From assembly GCA_018669795.1 (NCBI GenBank), contig JABHSQ010000014.1:26591-90590 (forward strand): DNA of 64,000 nt, given 5' to 3'. The DNA is from Flavobacteriaceae bacterium. GTDB taxonomy: Bacteria > Bacteroidota > Bacteroidia > Flavobacteriales > Flavobacteriaceae. A program made the position numbers and the translations under genes. This document shows, in pieces, positions 18,521 to 28,942 of this stretch. The notes beneath the pieces were generated by a model. The model saw nothing but the letters and a program-made list of their open reading frames with translations. It did no database searches and was not told the DNA's origin. Every line of letters begins with the position of its first letter. The first letter of the stretch is position 1.

Positions 18521-19453
18521 CTATTTTATACCCATCAATTCAACATCAAAAACTAACGTTGCATTAGGAGGAATTACTCCTCCAGCACCAGCTTCTCCAT
18601 ATGCCAAATGAGATGGGATTACAAAACGAGCTTTATCTCCTTTATTCAACAATAAGATACCTTCATCCCAACCTGGAATTACATTCCCCATTCCTATTGG
18701 AAATTCTATTGGGTTTCCTCTCTTATAGGAATCATCAAAAACTCCACCTTCAGTAAACATTCCTTTATAATGAACAGATACATTTTGGCCCTTTTGAGGT
18801 TTTATACCATCACCTTTTTGAATAATTTTATAACGAAGACCACTTTCTGTTTGATCAAAACCTTCAGATAATGCTCCCAATAAATCATCTTGAGTTTTTT
18901 TTGAAGCAGTTTCACGTTTAGCTTTTGCTCCAGTAAATTGACGAAATGTTTCTACAGAATTCCATTTTTCAGCTTCCTCTCCTACTCTAATAATAGTAAC
19001 TTCTATCATAGAATCTCCTTGCTCAATTTTATTTACTACATCCATTCCTTCTACTACATTTCCAAAAACAGAATGCTTATCATCTAACCAAGGTGTTTCC
19101 ACATGAGTGATAAAAAACTGACTCCCGTTTGAACCAGGACCTGAATTGGCCATAGATAGGATACCAGGAGTATCATGACGTAAGTCAGGATGAAATTCAT
19201 CATCAAATTGATATCCAGGACCACCTACTCCAGAGCCCTTAGGATCGCCTCCTTGAACCATAAAATCTGGGATTACTCTATGAAATTTTAAACCATTATA
19301 ATAAGGAGTTCCTTGAGCTATTGCATTGTTTTCAAGGTTTCCTTCTGCTAATGAAACAAAATTACCAACTGTTCCAGGAGTTAATTTATAAGAAAGGCTG
19401 ATTAAAACATCACCTTTTTCTGTATTAATTTTCGCGTAAATACCGTCTTGCAT
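18521..19453 (-). CDS. dual-domain peptidyl-prolyl isomerase: N-terminal cyclophilin fused to C-terminal FKBP
   Basis: The cyclophilin block is FHRVIPDFMVQGGDP...SMANSGPGSNGSQFFIT. The FKBP block is VHYKG...FDDSY...PIEFPIGMGNVIPGWDEG...PPNATLVFDVEL. Confidence 0.9.
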   Translation of the reverse strand: MQDGIYAKINTEKGDVLISLSYKLTPGTVGNFVSLAEGNLENNAIAQGTPYYNGLKFHRVIPDFMVQGGDPKGSGVGGPGYQFDDEFHPDLRHDTPGILSMANSGPGSNGSQFFITHVETPWLDDKHSVFGNVVEGMDVVNKIEQGDSMIEVTIIRVGEEAEKWNSVETFRQFTGAKAKRETASKKTQDDLLGALSEGFDQTESGLRYKIIQKGDGIKPQKGQNVSVHYKGMFTEGGVFDDSYKRGNPIEFPIGMGNVIPGWDEGILLLNKGDKARFVIPSHLAYGEAGAGGVIPPNATLVFDVELMGIK

Positions 19454-19545
19454 AACTAATTTTTAAAATGAGGTGCAAAGGTACATATTCAAAATACTAT
19501 TTCATCAATAATCGATACAGTAATAATAATTTAATTAAAAAGTTT

Positions 19546-21744
19546 TTAATTCGCTACGTCACTAAAGAATTTAATTCGGTATAGGCGCAATTCTTCTTCT
19601 TCATAATCCCCATCAAATTCTTCCATTGCAGCTTCTATCTCTGGAGTTTCAGCATCTTCAAGGAAATATTCATGTATTTCCCCCTGTTGATCTTCATCTA
19701 AAATTTCATCTATCCAATAATTGATATTAAGTCTGGTTCCACTATTTACAATAACTTCCATTTCTTTTATCAATTCATTCATTTCCATTTTTTTTGCATC
19801 CGCAATATCAGTTAATGGAAGTTTTTTATCAACATTTGTAATCACGTATAACTTTAATGCACTATTTATGCCCGTAGATTTTACAATAAAATCGTCTGGA
19901 CGCATCACATCATTTTCCTCTACATAATCTTGTATTAATTTAACAAAAGAGACACCATACTTATTCGCCTTTCCTTCTCCTACCCCATGAATATTCGCCA
20001 TTTCTAACAAAGTTATTGGATACTTTAAAGCCATATCTTCTAATGATGGATCTTGAAATATTACAAATGGTGGAAGATTTAATCGATCAGCCACTTTTTT
20101 TCGTTCCACTTTTAAAATTCTAAATAAATTATCATCTGCTGCAAAACCTCCACCTTTTTGATTGGTTATGATTTTATTATCATTTGCTTCTTTAAAGGAA
20201 TGATCTTCAGTCATCATAAAGGAAATAGGATTTTCTAAATAATCCAAGCCCTGTGGAGTAATTTTTATTAAACCATAGGTCTCAATATCTTTTCTTAAAA
20301 ATCCTGCCACCAATAATTGACGAAGTAATGCCATCCAATAGGACGCTAAATGTTCAGTTCCTGAAGCAAAAAATTCTTTATCCTCAGTTCTATGAGATTT
20401 AATTAAAGCATTAGAATAACCAATTAACACATTAACAACCTCCTTAGACTTATATCGTTCATTAGTTTCCTTAACAACATGCAATACCTTAACAGCCTCG
20501 TTTTTCGCTTCGTTTTTAATTTTCGGAAAACGCATATTATCATCCAGATCTCCTCCTTCACCCGTTTCATTATCGTATTCTTCTCCAAAATAATGAAGAA
20601 TAAATTTCCTTCTAGACATAGATGTTTCTGCAAATGCTACTACTTCTTGTAGTAATGCGTGGCCAATTTCTTGCTCAGATACAGGCTTACCACTCATAAA
20701 TTTTTCTAGTTTTTCAATATCCTTATAGGAATAATAAGCAAGACAAATACCTTCACCACCATCTCTTCCTGCTCTTCCTGTTTCCTGGTAGTAACTTTCT
20801 ATACTTTTGGGGATGTCATTATGAATTACAAACCGAACATCAGGTTTGTCAATCCCCATACCAAATGCTATGGTTGCAACCACGACATCGATATCTTCCA
20901 TTAAAAACATATCCTGATGTCTTACCCTGGTTTTTGAATCTAATCCTGCATGATAAGAAACAGCTTTTATGCCATTAACCTGCAATGCTTGGGATAATTC
21001 TTCTACTCTCTTACGACTTAAACAATATATAATTCCGCTTTTACCTTCATGTTGTTTTACAAACCTAATAACATCTCGATCTATATTTTTGGTTTTTGGT
21101 CGAACTTCATAATATAAATTAGGACGATTAAAAGAAGCTTTAAAGGTATTGGCATCTTGAATCCCTAAGTTCTTTAAGATATCTTCTTGTACTTTTGGAG
21201 TTGCTGTTGCTGTTAAGCCAATAATAGGAATATTATCTCCTATACGCTCAATAATTTTTTTAAGATTTCTGTATTCTGGCCTAAAATCATGTCCCCATTC
21301 ACTAATGCAGTGAGCCTCATCAATTGCTACAAAAGAAATTTTAACAGATTGTAAAAATTTAACATTTTCATTTTTAGTTAAAGATTCAGGTGCAACGTAT
21401 AATAATTTTGTAATACCAGAACTAATATCACTTTTCACTTGTTTAACTTCTGTTTTATTTAAAGATGAATTTAATACATGAGCAATTCCTATTTCCGAAG
21501 ACAAGGCCCTTAAGGCATCTACTTGGTTTTTCATTAAAGCAATAAGTGGAGAAACTACTATCGCTGTTCCTTCTTCAATAAATGCGGGAAGTTGATAGCA
21601 TAATGATTTTCCACCTCCTGTAGGCATAATCACAAAAGCATCTTTTTTATCTAAAACACTTTTAACGACTACTTCTTGTAACCCTTTGAATTTAGTAAAT
21701 CCAAAATATTTTTTTAACGCTGCATAAATATCTATTTCTGTCAA
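19546..21744 (-). CDS. recQ: ATP-dependent DNA helicase RecQ
   Basis: Motifs LKKYFGFTKFKGLQ, PTGGGKSLCYQ, DEAHCISEWGHDFRP, and a C-terminal HRDC region. The start is uncertain. The track gives a TTG at 21807, and an in-frame TTG at 21744 gives the usual length of about 732 aa. Confidence 0.88.
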   Translation of the reverse strand: MTEIDIYAALKKYFGFTKFKGLQEVVVKSVLDKKDAFVIMPTGGGKSLCYQLPAFIEEGTAIVVSPLIALMKNQVDALRALSSEIGIAHVLNSSLNKTEVKQVKSDISSGITKLLYVAPESLTKNENVKFLQSVKISFVAIDEAHCISEWGHDFRPEYRNLKKIIERIGDNIPIIGLTATATPKVQEDILKNLGIQDANTFKASFNRPNLYYEVRPKTKNIDRDVIRFVKQHEGKSGIIYCLSRKRVEELSQALQVNGIKAVSYHAGLDSKTRVRHQDMFLMEDIDVVVATIAFGMGIDKPDVRFVIHNDIPKSIESYYQETGRAGRDGGEGICLAYYSYKDIEKLEKFMSGKPVSEQEIGHALLQEVVAFAETSMSRRKFILHYFGEEYDNETGEGGDLDDNMRFPKIKNEAKNEAVKVLHVVKETNERYKSKEVVNVLIGYSNALIKSHRTEDKEFFASGTEHLASYWMALLRQLLVAGFLRKDIETYGLIKITPQGLDYLENPISFMMTEDHSFKEANDNKIITNQKGGGFAADDNLFRILKVERKKVADRLNLPPFVIFQDPSLEDMALKYPITLLEMANIHGVGEGKANKYGVSFVKLIQDYVEENDVMRPDDFIVKSTGINSALKLYVITNVDKKLPLTDIADAKKMEMNELIKEMEVIVNSGTRLNINYWIDEILDEDQQGEIHEYFLEDAETPEIEAAMEEFDGDYEEEELRLYRIKFFSDVAN

Positions 21745-21929
21745 ACTTATATATAAAATTAAATTTGTTGTTTCCTTAAAATAAAAATTGTAATAACAAA
21801 CTAACAATTGTAATTTAGCATCCGTAATAAGAAATATGTTTCTTATGTTATAAGGTGTAAATTATTTTATTTTTTGCAGTTTAAATATAATACATTATGA
21901 AATAGTTACCACTAAAAAACGTCAAAATT

Positions 21930-22895
21930 TTGAAAAATCGAAATCAGATAATTTCAGTAGCAAAAAAGACTATTGATACCGAAAGTAAAGCCATTAAAAA
22001 CTTGATAGATTTAATAGATGATTCTTTTGCTGATGCAATAGAATATATTTATAATTCAAATGGAAGAGTTATTATTACAGGTATAGGTAAAAGTGCAATT
22101 ATAGCTGCTAAAATTGTTGCTACACTAAACTCTACAGGCACGCCATCTATATTTATGCATGCTGCTGATGCAATCCATGGAGACTTAGGGACAATTTTAG
22201 ACGACGATGTTGTTATTTGTATTTCAAAAAGTGGAAGCACACCAGAAATTAAAGTATTGGTTCCTTTAATAAAATCCAGAGGTAATAAGTTAATAGCTAT
22301 TACATCCAACAAAGAATCTTTTTTAGGCGAACAAGCAGATTTTATTTTAAACGCCTATGTTGAAAAAGAAGCTTGTCCAAATAATTTAGCACCAACAGCA
22401 AGTACGACAGCACAGTTAGTGATTGGCGATGCTTTGGCTGTTTGTTTATTGGACTTAAAGGGTTTTTCTAGTAAAGATTTTGCGAAATTTCACCCAGGTG
22501 GGTCCTTAGGTAAAAAATTATACTTACGAGTAAGTGACCTAACAAAAATGAATAAAAAACCTGAAGTACAATTAGATGCCGATATTAAAAAAGTAATTGT
22601 TGAAATTTCAGAAAATCTGTTGGGACTAACTGCTGTTCTAAATAATGGTAAAGTTGTTGGTATTATTACAGATGGTGATTTAAGAAGAATGCTTTCAAAA
22701 GCTGATAGTTTTCACGGTTTGACCGCAAAAGACATTATGTCTGAAAACCCTAAAACTATTTCAAACAATGCGATGGCTGTGGAAGCTATAGAAATCATGG
22801 ATACGAATGGTATTACACAAATTATAGCTTTGGAAGAAGGTAAATATTGCGGAATTGTACACATTCACAACCTTACTAATGAAGGTATTATATAA
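21930..22895 (+). CDS. kpsF: KpsF/GutQ family arabinose-5-phosphate isomerase (SIS + CBS pair)
   Basis: SIS motif GIGKSA...ISKSGST followed by tandem CBS domains. TTG start. Confidence 0.88.
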   Translation: MKNRNQIISVAKKTIDTESKAIKNLIDLIDDSFADAIEYIYNSNGRVIITGIGKSAIIAAKIVATLNSTGTPSIFMHAADAIHGDLGTILDDDVVICISKSGSTPEIKVLVPLIKSRGNKLIAITSNKESFLGEQADFILNAYVEKEACPNNLAPTASTTAQLVIGDALAVCLLDLKGFSSKDFAKFHPGGSLGKKLYLRVSDLTKMNKKPEVQLDADIKKVIVEISENLLGLTAVLNNGKVVGIITDGDLRRMLSKADSFHGLTAKDIMSENPKTISNNAMAVEAIEIMDTNGITQIIALEEGKYCGIVHIHNLTNEGII

Positions 22896-23731
22896 TGATT
22901 AAGAAAAGAAAAAAACAGACTGAAAAAGAGATGTCTTTTCTAGATCATCTCGAAGAATTAAGATGGCATTTAATTCGGTCTGTATTAGCAATTGTTATCT
23001 TAGCTTCTATAGCCTTTCTTGCTAAAGATTTTATTTTTAATGTATTAATTTTTGGACCTAAACAAGCAGATTTTCCAACCTATAAAATACTTTGTAAAAT
23101 AGCTCAATTCATAGGTTTTAAGGATAGTTTTTGTTTTACTGAACTTCCTTTTAGAATACAAAGTAGAACTATGGGAGGCCAGTTTTCTGCACATATTTGG
23201 ACTTCGATAACCGCTGGTTTTATAGTAGCGTTCCCTTATATTTTACTCGAAATATGGAAGTTTATTAGCCCAGGATTAAGACTTAAAGAGCGTAGCTCTA
23301 CTAAGGGATTTATTTTTATAGCTTCTCTATTGTTTTTTGTTGGAGTATTGTTTGGATATTATGTGGTAACCCCTTTATCCATTAATTTTTTGGGAACCTA
23401 TCAAGTAAGTGGACAGGTTCATAATGATTTTGATTTAAGTAGTTATATCTCCTTAGTTAGAGCTTCGGTGATCGCTAGTGGTTTAATTTTTGAGTTACCG
23501 ATATTAATTTACATCCTTACAAAAATTGGTTTAGTAACTCCAGATATGTTAAAAAAATATAGAAAAATATCACTTGTGGTTGTATTAATTCTTTCAGCGA
23601 TAATAACTCCTCCAGATATTGCTAGTCAGGTAATTGTTTCTGTACCTATTATAATATTATATGAAATAAGTATATTTATTTCGAGAGCAGTTATTAGAAA
23701 AAAAGAAAAATTAATAAAAAAAACAAACTAA
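22895..23731 (+). CDS. tatC: twin-arginine translocase subunit TatC
   Basis: MSFLDHLEELRWHLIRS signature and six hydrophobic segments. The ATG overlaps the kpsF stop; an alternative start lies at about 22931. Confidence 0.9.
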   Translation: MIKKRKKQTEKEMSFLDHLEELRWHLIRSVLAIVILASIAFLAKDFIFNVLIFGPKQADFPTYKILCKIAQFIGFKDSFCFTELPFRIQSRTMGGQFSAHIWTSITAGFIVAFPYILLEIWKFISPGLRLKERSSTKGFIFIASLLFFVGVLFGYYVVTPLSINFLGTYQVSGQVHNDFDLSSYISLVRASVIASGLIFELPILIYILTKIGLVTPDMLKKYRKISLVVVLILSAIITPPDIASQVIVSVPIIILYEISIFISRAVIRKKEKLIKKTN

Positions 23732-23781
23732 ATAGCAACGTAATTAAACTATATTAGTAAGCATTATTTATAAGAATACAT

Positions 23782-24522
23782 ATGAAGTTAAGAGCTGAAA
23801 ATTTAATGAAATCCTATAAAGGCCGTAAGGTTGTAAATGGGATTTCTATTGAAGTAAATCAAGGTGAAATTGTTGGTTTATTAGGTCCTAATGGTGCTGG
23901 AAAAACTACATCGTTCTATATGATTGTTGGCCTTATAAAGCCCAATGGTGGCACTATTTATTTAGATCATCAAGAAATCACTAAATACCCAATGTACAAG
24001 CGTGCTCAACATGGCATTGGTTATCTTGCTCAAGAAGCTTCTATTTTCAGAAAATTAAGCGTTGAAGACAATATATTAAGTGTATTGCAGCTAACTAAAT
24101 TTTCTAAAAATGAACAAAAAGAAAAAATGGAATCGCTTATAGAAGAATTTGGTTTGGGTCATATTCGAAAAAACAGAGGTGATTTATTGAGTGGTGGTGA
24201 ACGAAGAAGAACTGAAATTGCGCGAGCACTTGCTACAGATCCTCATTTTATTTTACTGGACGAACCTTTTGCTGGAGTAGATCCCGTTGCAGTAGAAGAC
24301 ATTCAACGAATTATCGCAAAATTAGTAACAAAAAATATCGGAATACTTATTACCGATCATAATGTTCAAGAAACATTGGCAATTACCGATCGTACGTACT
24401 TAATGTTTGAAGGAAGTATTTTAAAGCATGGAGCTCCTGAGGATTTGGCTAATGATGAGATGGTAAGGAAAGTATATTTAGGAAAAAACTTTGAACTAAG
24501 AAAGAAAAAAATCACTTTCTAA
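23782..24522 (+). CDS. lptB: LPS export ABC transporter ATP-binding protein LptB
   Basis: [17 protein letters not shown] and the LptB-type C-terminus (VRKVYLG), 246 aa. Confidence 0.9.
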   Translation: MKLRAENLMKSYKGRKVVNGISIEVNQGEIVGLLGPNGAGKTTSFYMIVGLIKPNGGTIYLDHQEITKYPMYKRAQHGIGYLAQEASIFRKLSVEDNILSVLQLTKFSKNEQKEKMESLIEEFGLGHIRKNRGDLLSGGERRRTEIARALATDPHFILLDEPFAGVDPVAVEDIQRIIAKLVTKNIGILITDHNVQETLAITDRTYLMFEGSILKHGAPEDLANDEMVRKVYLGKNFELRKKKITF

Positions 24523-24623
24523 TTCTCATTAATTATTAAAATAATTTTTTAAAGCTTTCAAAAGAATGCAACATTTTTTTAGATGGCTCGTCTTACTTTT
24601 ATCTAATCAACAAAATAGCTATT

Positions 24624-25520
24624 GTGAAAGAAATTCTCACATTAAATAATCTTACTAAAAAGTATGGTTCACTCACGGCAGTGAATAATCTTTCAGTAAC
24701 AATTGAAAAAGGAAATATATATGGGGTCTTAGGCCCCAATGGTAGTGGGAAATCAACAACTTTAGGCATCGCATTAAATGTGATTAATAAAACAGATGGA
24801 AAGTTTCATTGGTTTGATGGTACTGTAAGTACCCACGAAGCTTTAAAGAAAGTCGGTGCTATTATTGAACGCCCTAACTTTTATACTTATATGACTGCAG
24901 CACAAAATTTAAATCTTGTTTGCATTATTAAGGATGTACCTAAAGAAAAAGTAAATGAAAAACTTAAATTAGTTGGATTATTAGATAGAAAAGACGATAA
25001 ATTTAAAACGTTTTCATTAGGCATGAAACAACGTTTAGCTATCGCTTCTGCCTTATTAAATGATCCGAAAATATTAATTTTGGACGAACCCACAAATGGA
25101 TTAGATCCTCAAGGAATACACCAAATAAGAGAAATTATTAAAAATATTGCTGCCAATGGTACCACTATTTTATTAGCTTCTCACTTATTAGATGAAGTAG
25201 AAAAAGTATGTACACATGTAGTGGTATTAAGAAAAGGAAAAAGTTTATACTCTGGAAGTGTCGAGAATATGATTGCTAGTCATGGATTTTTCATATTAAA
25301 ATCCGATGATTTAGATCAATTATCAAAAGTTTTAGAAGAACATCCAAGTATTGGAACTATTAAAAATGAAGAAATTCAGTTGGTTGCTTATTTAACAGAA
25401 CCACTAAACGGTTCCGATTTAAATAAATTATTGTATGAAAAAGGGATCAACCTTTCTTATTTGGTTTACCGAAAAGAAAGTCTTGAAGAACAATTTTTAG
25501 AACTAACCAAAACTAAATAA
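24624..25520 (+). CDS. ABC transporter ATP-binding protein (ABC-2 type exporter)
   Basis: Walker A GPNGSGKST, signature SLGMKQR, Walker B ILILDEP. GTG start. Confidence 0.85.
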   Translation: MKEILTLNNLTKKYGSLTAVNNLSVTIEKGNIYGVLGPNGSGKSTTLGIALNVINKTDGKFHWFDGTVSTHEALKKVGAIIERPNFYTYMTAAQNLNLVCIIKDVPKEKVNEKLKLVGLLDRKDDKFKTFSLGMKQRLAIASALLNDPKILILDEPTNGLDPQGIHQIREIIKNIAANGTTILLASHLLDEVEKVCTHVVVLRKGKSLYSGSVENMIASHGFFILKSDDLDQLSKVLEEHPSIGTIKNEEIQLVAYLTEPLNGSDLNKLLYEKGINLSYLVYRKESLEEQFLELTKTK

Positions 25521-25541
25521 TTCAATCCTAAATTAACAACT

Positions 25542-26378
25542 ATGTTACGCTTATTAACTATAGAACTTCATAAACTTAAGTATAACAAGTCGGCTAAAGC
25601 AATCTTGATTGTTTATTTTATACTAATCACATTTATTGCTTTAATTTCATCCATCGAATTTAATTTTGGAGATTTTCATTTTAGAATTGCTGATCAAGGA
25701 ATCTTTAACTTCCCTTACATTTGGCATTTCAATACTTATATAGCAGCTATTCTTAAGTTATTCTTAGCTATCGTCATTGTTTCAATGATGGCTAATGAAT
25801 ACAGTGACAGGACTCTTAAACAAAATTTAATTGATGGATTAAGCAAAAAAGAATTTGTCCTTTCTAAATTTTTAACTGTTATATTATTTTCAGTGATTTC
25901 TACATTATTTGTATTTGGTGTTTCTTTACTATTAGGATTAATGTTTTCAGATTATAATGAACTAGGAATTATATTCAGTGATATAGAATACCTTTTTGCT
26001 TATTTTATAAATCTTACTGGTTTTTTCTCTTTTTGCTTATTTTTAGGTGTATTGGTTAAAAGGTCTGCATTTGCATTAGGATTTTTACTGATTTGGAGTA
26101 TTGCTGAAGGAATTATTTATAGTGTGTTTAAATGGAAAATATTTAAAGATACAGATATAGCAGAAAGTATAATACAGTTTTTTCCATTAGCCGCTATGTC
26201 AAATTTAATAAAAGAACCTTTTTCTAGGCTGGGTGTTGTTCAATCTGCTGCAAATCAATTAGGAGAAGCTTTTGAAAAAGACTATAGCGTTCAACCCTTA
26301 ACTATTCTAATAGTTTTGGCTTGGACATTCTTATTTGTTTATGGTTCTTACTATATTTTAAAAAGAAGAGATTTATAG
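25542..26378 (+). CDS. ABC-2 family transporter permease
   Basis: About six hydrophobic helices, located immediately downstream of the ATPase gene. Confidence 0.7.
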   Translation: MLRLLTIELHKLKYNKSAKAILIVYFILITFIALISSIEFNFGDFHFRIADQGIFNFPYIWHFNTYIAAILKLFLAIVIVSMMANEYSDRTLKQNLIDGLSKKEFVLSKFLTVILFSVISTLFVFGVSLLLGLMFSDYNELGIIFSDIEYLFAYFINLTGFFSFCLFLGVLVKRSAFALGFLLIWSIAEGIIYSVFKWKIFKDTDIAESIIQFFPLAAMSNLIKEPFSRLGVVQSAANQLGEAFEKDYSVQPLTILIVLAWTFLFVYGSYYILKRRDL

Positions 26379-26420
26379 GGGTTTTATTTAAAACCCGTAT
26401 ATTGAAGGATATATTTCAAT

Positions 26421-28865
26421 ATGAAGAAGCTGAAGTACATATTTAGAGTGTGTTTTTTTTTAATTCCAGCAATACTTTTTGCTCAAGAAATTACTTTATT
26501 TCAACAATTTAATGGTCGATATGATTATTTATCATTTGGTAATACCTTAAATATTGGAGAAAATGGAAACACTTCAGCATGCACAATTTTATCTGAAAGT
26601 AGCGCTGATTTTGAATTACAAACAGGTCAGCAAGTTGTTGCTGCCTATTTATATTGGGCAGGATCTGGTATCGGAGATTTTGAGGTTTCTTTAAATGGAA
26701 ATTTTGTAGTTTCAGAAAGAGACTTCAATTTTTCTTTTATTAACAATAATAATGTCTATAATTTTTTTGCAGCTTTTGCAGATATCACCTCTATAGTAAA
26801 TACTATTGGCAATGACATATATACATTGAGTAACCTAGATTTATTAGATGCAATTCAACCTTTTTGTCAAATTAATGGCGGAACTGCAACTAATTTTGGT
26901 GGATGGGCAATAACTTTAATTTATGAAGACGCAACACTTCCTCTTAACCAAGTTACTATTTTTGATGGTTTAGAAACGGTTTACTCAGAAAATAATTCCA
27001 TAACAATCGAATTAAATAATTTAAATATATTAGATAATACAGGAGCAAAAATTGGCTTTCTCTCTTGGGAAGGCGATTCTAGTATTGCTAATAACGAAAC
27101 ACTTAGTATTAATGGCAACATATTAAGCAACCCACCACTAAACCCACAAGACAATGCCTTCAACAGCACTAATAGTTTTACAAATTCTAGTGACTTATAT
27201 AACATGGATATTGATTTTTATAATATTGAAAATAATATCAGTCTAGGAGACACGAATGCTACCATACAATTAACCTCTAGTCAAGATCTAGTAATGGTAA
27301 ATAATATCATTACTGTTTTGAATACTGAATTACCAGACGCTACTATTGAAATTAATTCTTTAACTGGTGATGAAGCTTGTGGAAACAGAGATTTAAATAT
27401 CGAATATACAGTCTGCAATTTTAATAGCACCGCTACATTACCCCAAAATACACCAATTTCTTTTTATGCAGATACTATTTTAATTGGTCAAACAGTAACT
27501 AATTTAGAAATACCAATTGATAGCAGTGAGGTTGGAGCTATAACACTTAGTATTCCTTTATATATTCCTACAGATCTTTTATTAAAAGCTATAGTAGATG
27601 ACATAGGAGATGGAACTGGAATTATCAACGAATCCAATGAGGATAATAATGAATTTTTTATAGAACTTCATTTATTATTAGTTCCAGAATTTGAAAGCCC
27701 AATAGATATGGAACTTTGTGATATCGAGGGAATAGAAGTTTTTAATTTAACCGATGCCACACAACAAATAGATCCTATTTACCTTCTCTCCTATTATCTA
27801 ACGGAAGAAGATGCAAGCAATGATGAAAACGAAATACTAATTATAGAATATTTTGAAAATACAGAAAACCCACAATCCATATTTATTAGAGTAGATAATC
27901 AGGATTGCTATGTTGTTGATTCCTTTCAAATTGGAGTAATTGAATGTCCTTTGCCAGATGCGTCTATATCTATAGATAATAATAGTACCTATGCGTGTAG
28001 AGAACGAAACTTAATCATGAATTACACCGTTTTTAACTACAATGCTACTGCAATATTACCTGCAGCTACACCCATTGCTTTTTATATCGAAGAAATCCTA
28101 TTAGCTCAATCTCAAACCCAAAATGATATATTAATAAATGAAAGTGAAATACAATTTATAGAATTTATTTTACCCGATGAAATACCAAATAATTTTGAAA
28201 TTATTGTGAAAGTAGATGACAATGGTTTTGGCGAAGGAGTTGTTGAAGAATTAGAAGAAGGAAATAACGAATATTTAATTCAAGTCGAATTTGGATCCAT
28301 ACCGCTCATAGATGAATTACCAAATTTATTAGCCTGTAATGAAGGATTTGATACTTCTACTTTTAGACTAACTCAGCAAAACGATTTAATTTCAATAAAT
28401 ATTAACGATATCATCACTTATTATATCACATTAGAAGATACTATTTTAAATGAAAATGAAATTTTAGATCCAGGCAACTTTCAAAATACTGCAGACCCTC
28501 AATTAATCTATGTTCGTTTAGAAAATGAGATCTGTTTCACTACGAGTTCTTTTTTAATTGAAACTAAAAATTGCATGCCTTTTATTCCAGAAGGATTTTC
28601 ACCTAACGCTGATAACATCAACGATGTATTTGAAATTGATAATTTATTTAATATTTATCCAAATTTTGAATTAAACATTTATAGTCGCTATGGCAATTTA
28701 ATTTATCAAGGATCTAATAATGATGTTTTCTGGAATGGAATAGCGAATAAAGGAATTGCCTTTAATAATCAACTTGTTCCTACTGGTGTTTACTTCTATG
28801 TCCTGCACTTAAATGACCCTCAATATCCTAATCAATTTATTGGAAATGTTTATATAAATTATTAG
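26421..28865 (+). CDS. T9SS type B sorting domain-containing surface/secreted protein with an internally duplicated module
   Basis: Signal peptide ending ILFAQE. The C-terminal roughly 95 aa (FIPEGFSPNADNINDVF...YSRYGNLIY...WNG...VPTGVYFYV) match the gliding-motility-associated C-terminal (type B) domain. Residues about 303-505 and 510-716 form two repeats of about 205 aa. Confidence 0.8.
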   Translation: MKKLKYIFRVCFFLIPAILFAQEITLFQQFNGRYDYLSFGNTLNIGENGNTSACTILSESSADFELQTGQQVVAAYLYWAGSGIGDFEVSLNGNFVVSERDFNFSFINNNNVYNFFAAFADITSIVNTIGNDIYTLSNLDLLDAIQPFCQINGGTATNFGGWAITLIYEDATLPLNQVTIFDGLETVYSENNSITIELNNLNILDNTGAKIGFLSWEGDSSIANNETLSINGNILSNPPLNPQDNAFNSTNSFTNSSDLYNMDIDFYNIENNISLGDTNATIQLTSSQDLVMVNNIITVLNTELPDATIEINSLTGDEACGNRDLNIEYTVCNFNSTATLPQNTPISFYADTILIGQTVTNLEIPIDSSEVGAITLSIPLYIPTDLLLKAIVDDIGDGTGIINESNEDNNEFFIELHLLLVPEFESPIDMELCDIEGIEVFNLTDATQQIDPIYLLSYYLTEEDASNDENEILIIEYFENTENPQSIFIRVDNQDCYVVDSFQIGVIECPLPDASISIDNNSTYACRERNLIMNYTVFNYNATAILPAATPIAFYIEEILLAQSQTQNDILINESEIQFIEFILPDEIPNNFEIIVKVDDNGFGEGVVEELEEGNNEYLIQVEFGSIPLIDELPNLLACNEGFDTSTFRLTQQNDLISININDIITYYITLEDTILNENEILDPGNFQNTADPQLIYVRLENEICFTTSSFLIETKNCMPFIPEGFSPNADNINDVFEIDNLFNIYPNFELNIYSRYGNLIYQGSNNDVFWNGIANKGIAFNNQLVPTGVYFYVLHLNDPQYPNQFIGNVYINY

Positions 28866-28942
28866 ATGTAAAAAACATGTTATTAAACAATAAAATGCTT
28901 GCTAAAAAGTTATATTTTTACTGAGATTAAAAAAACAAACCA

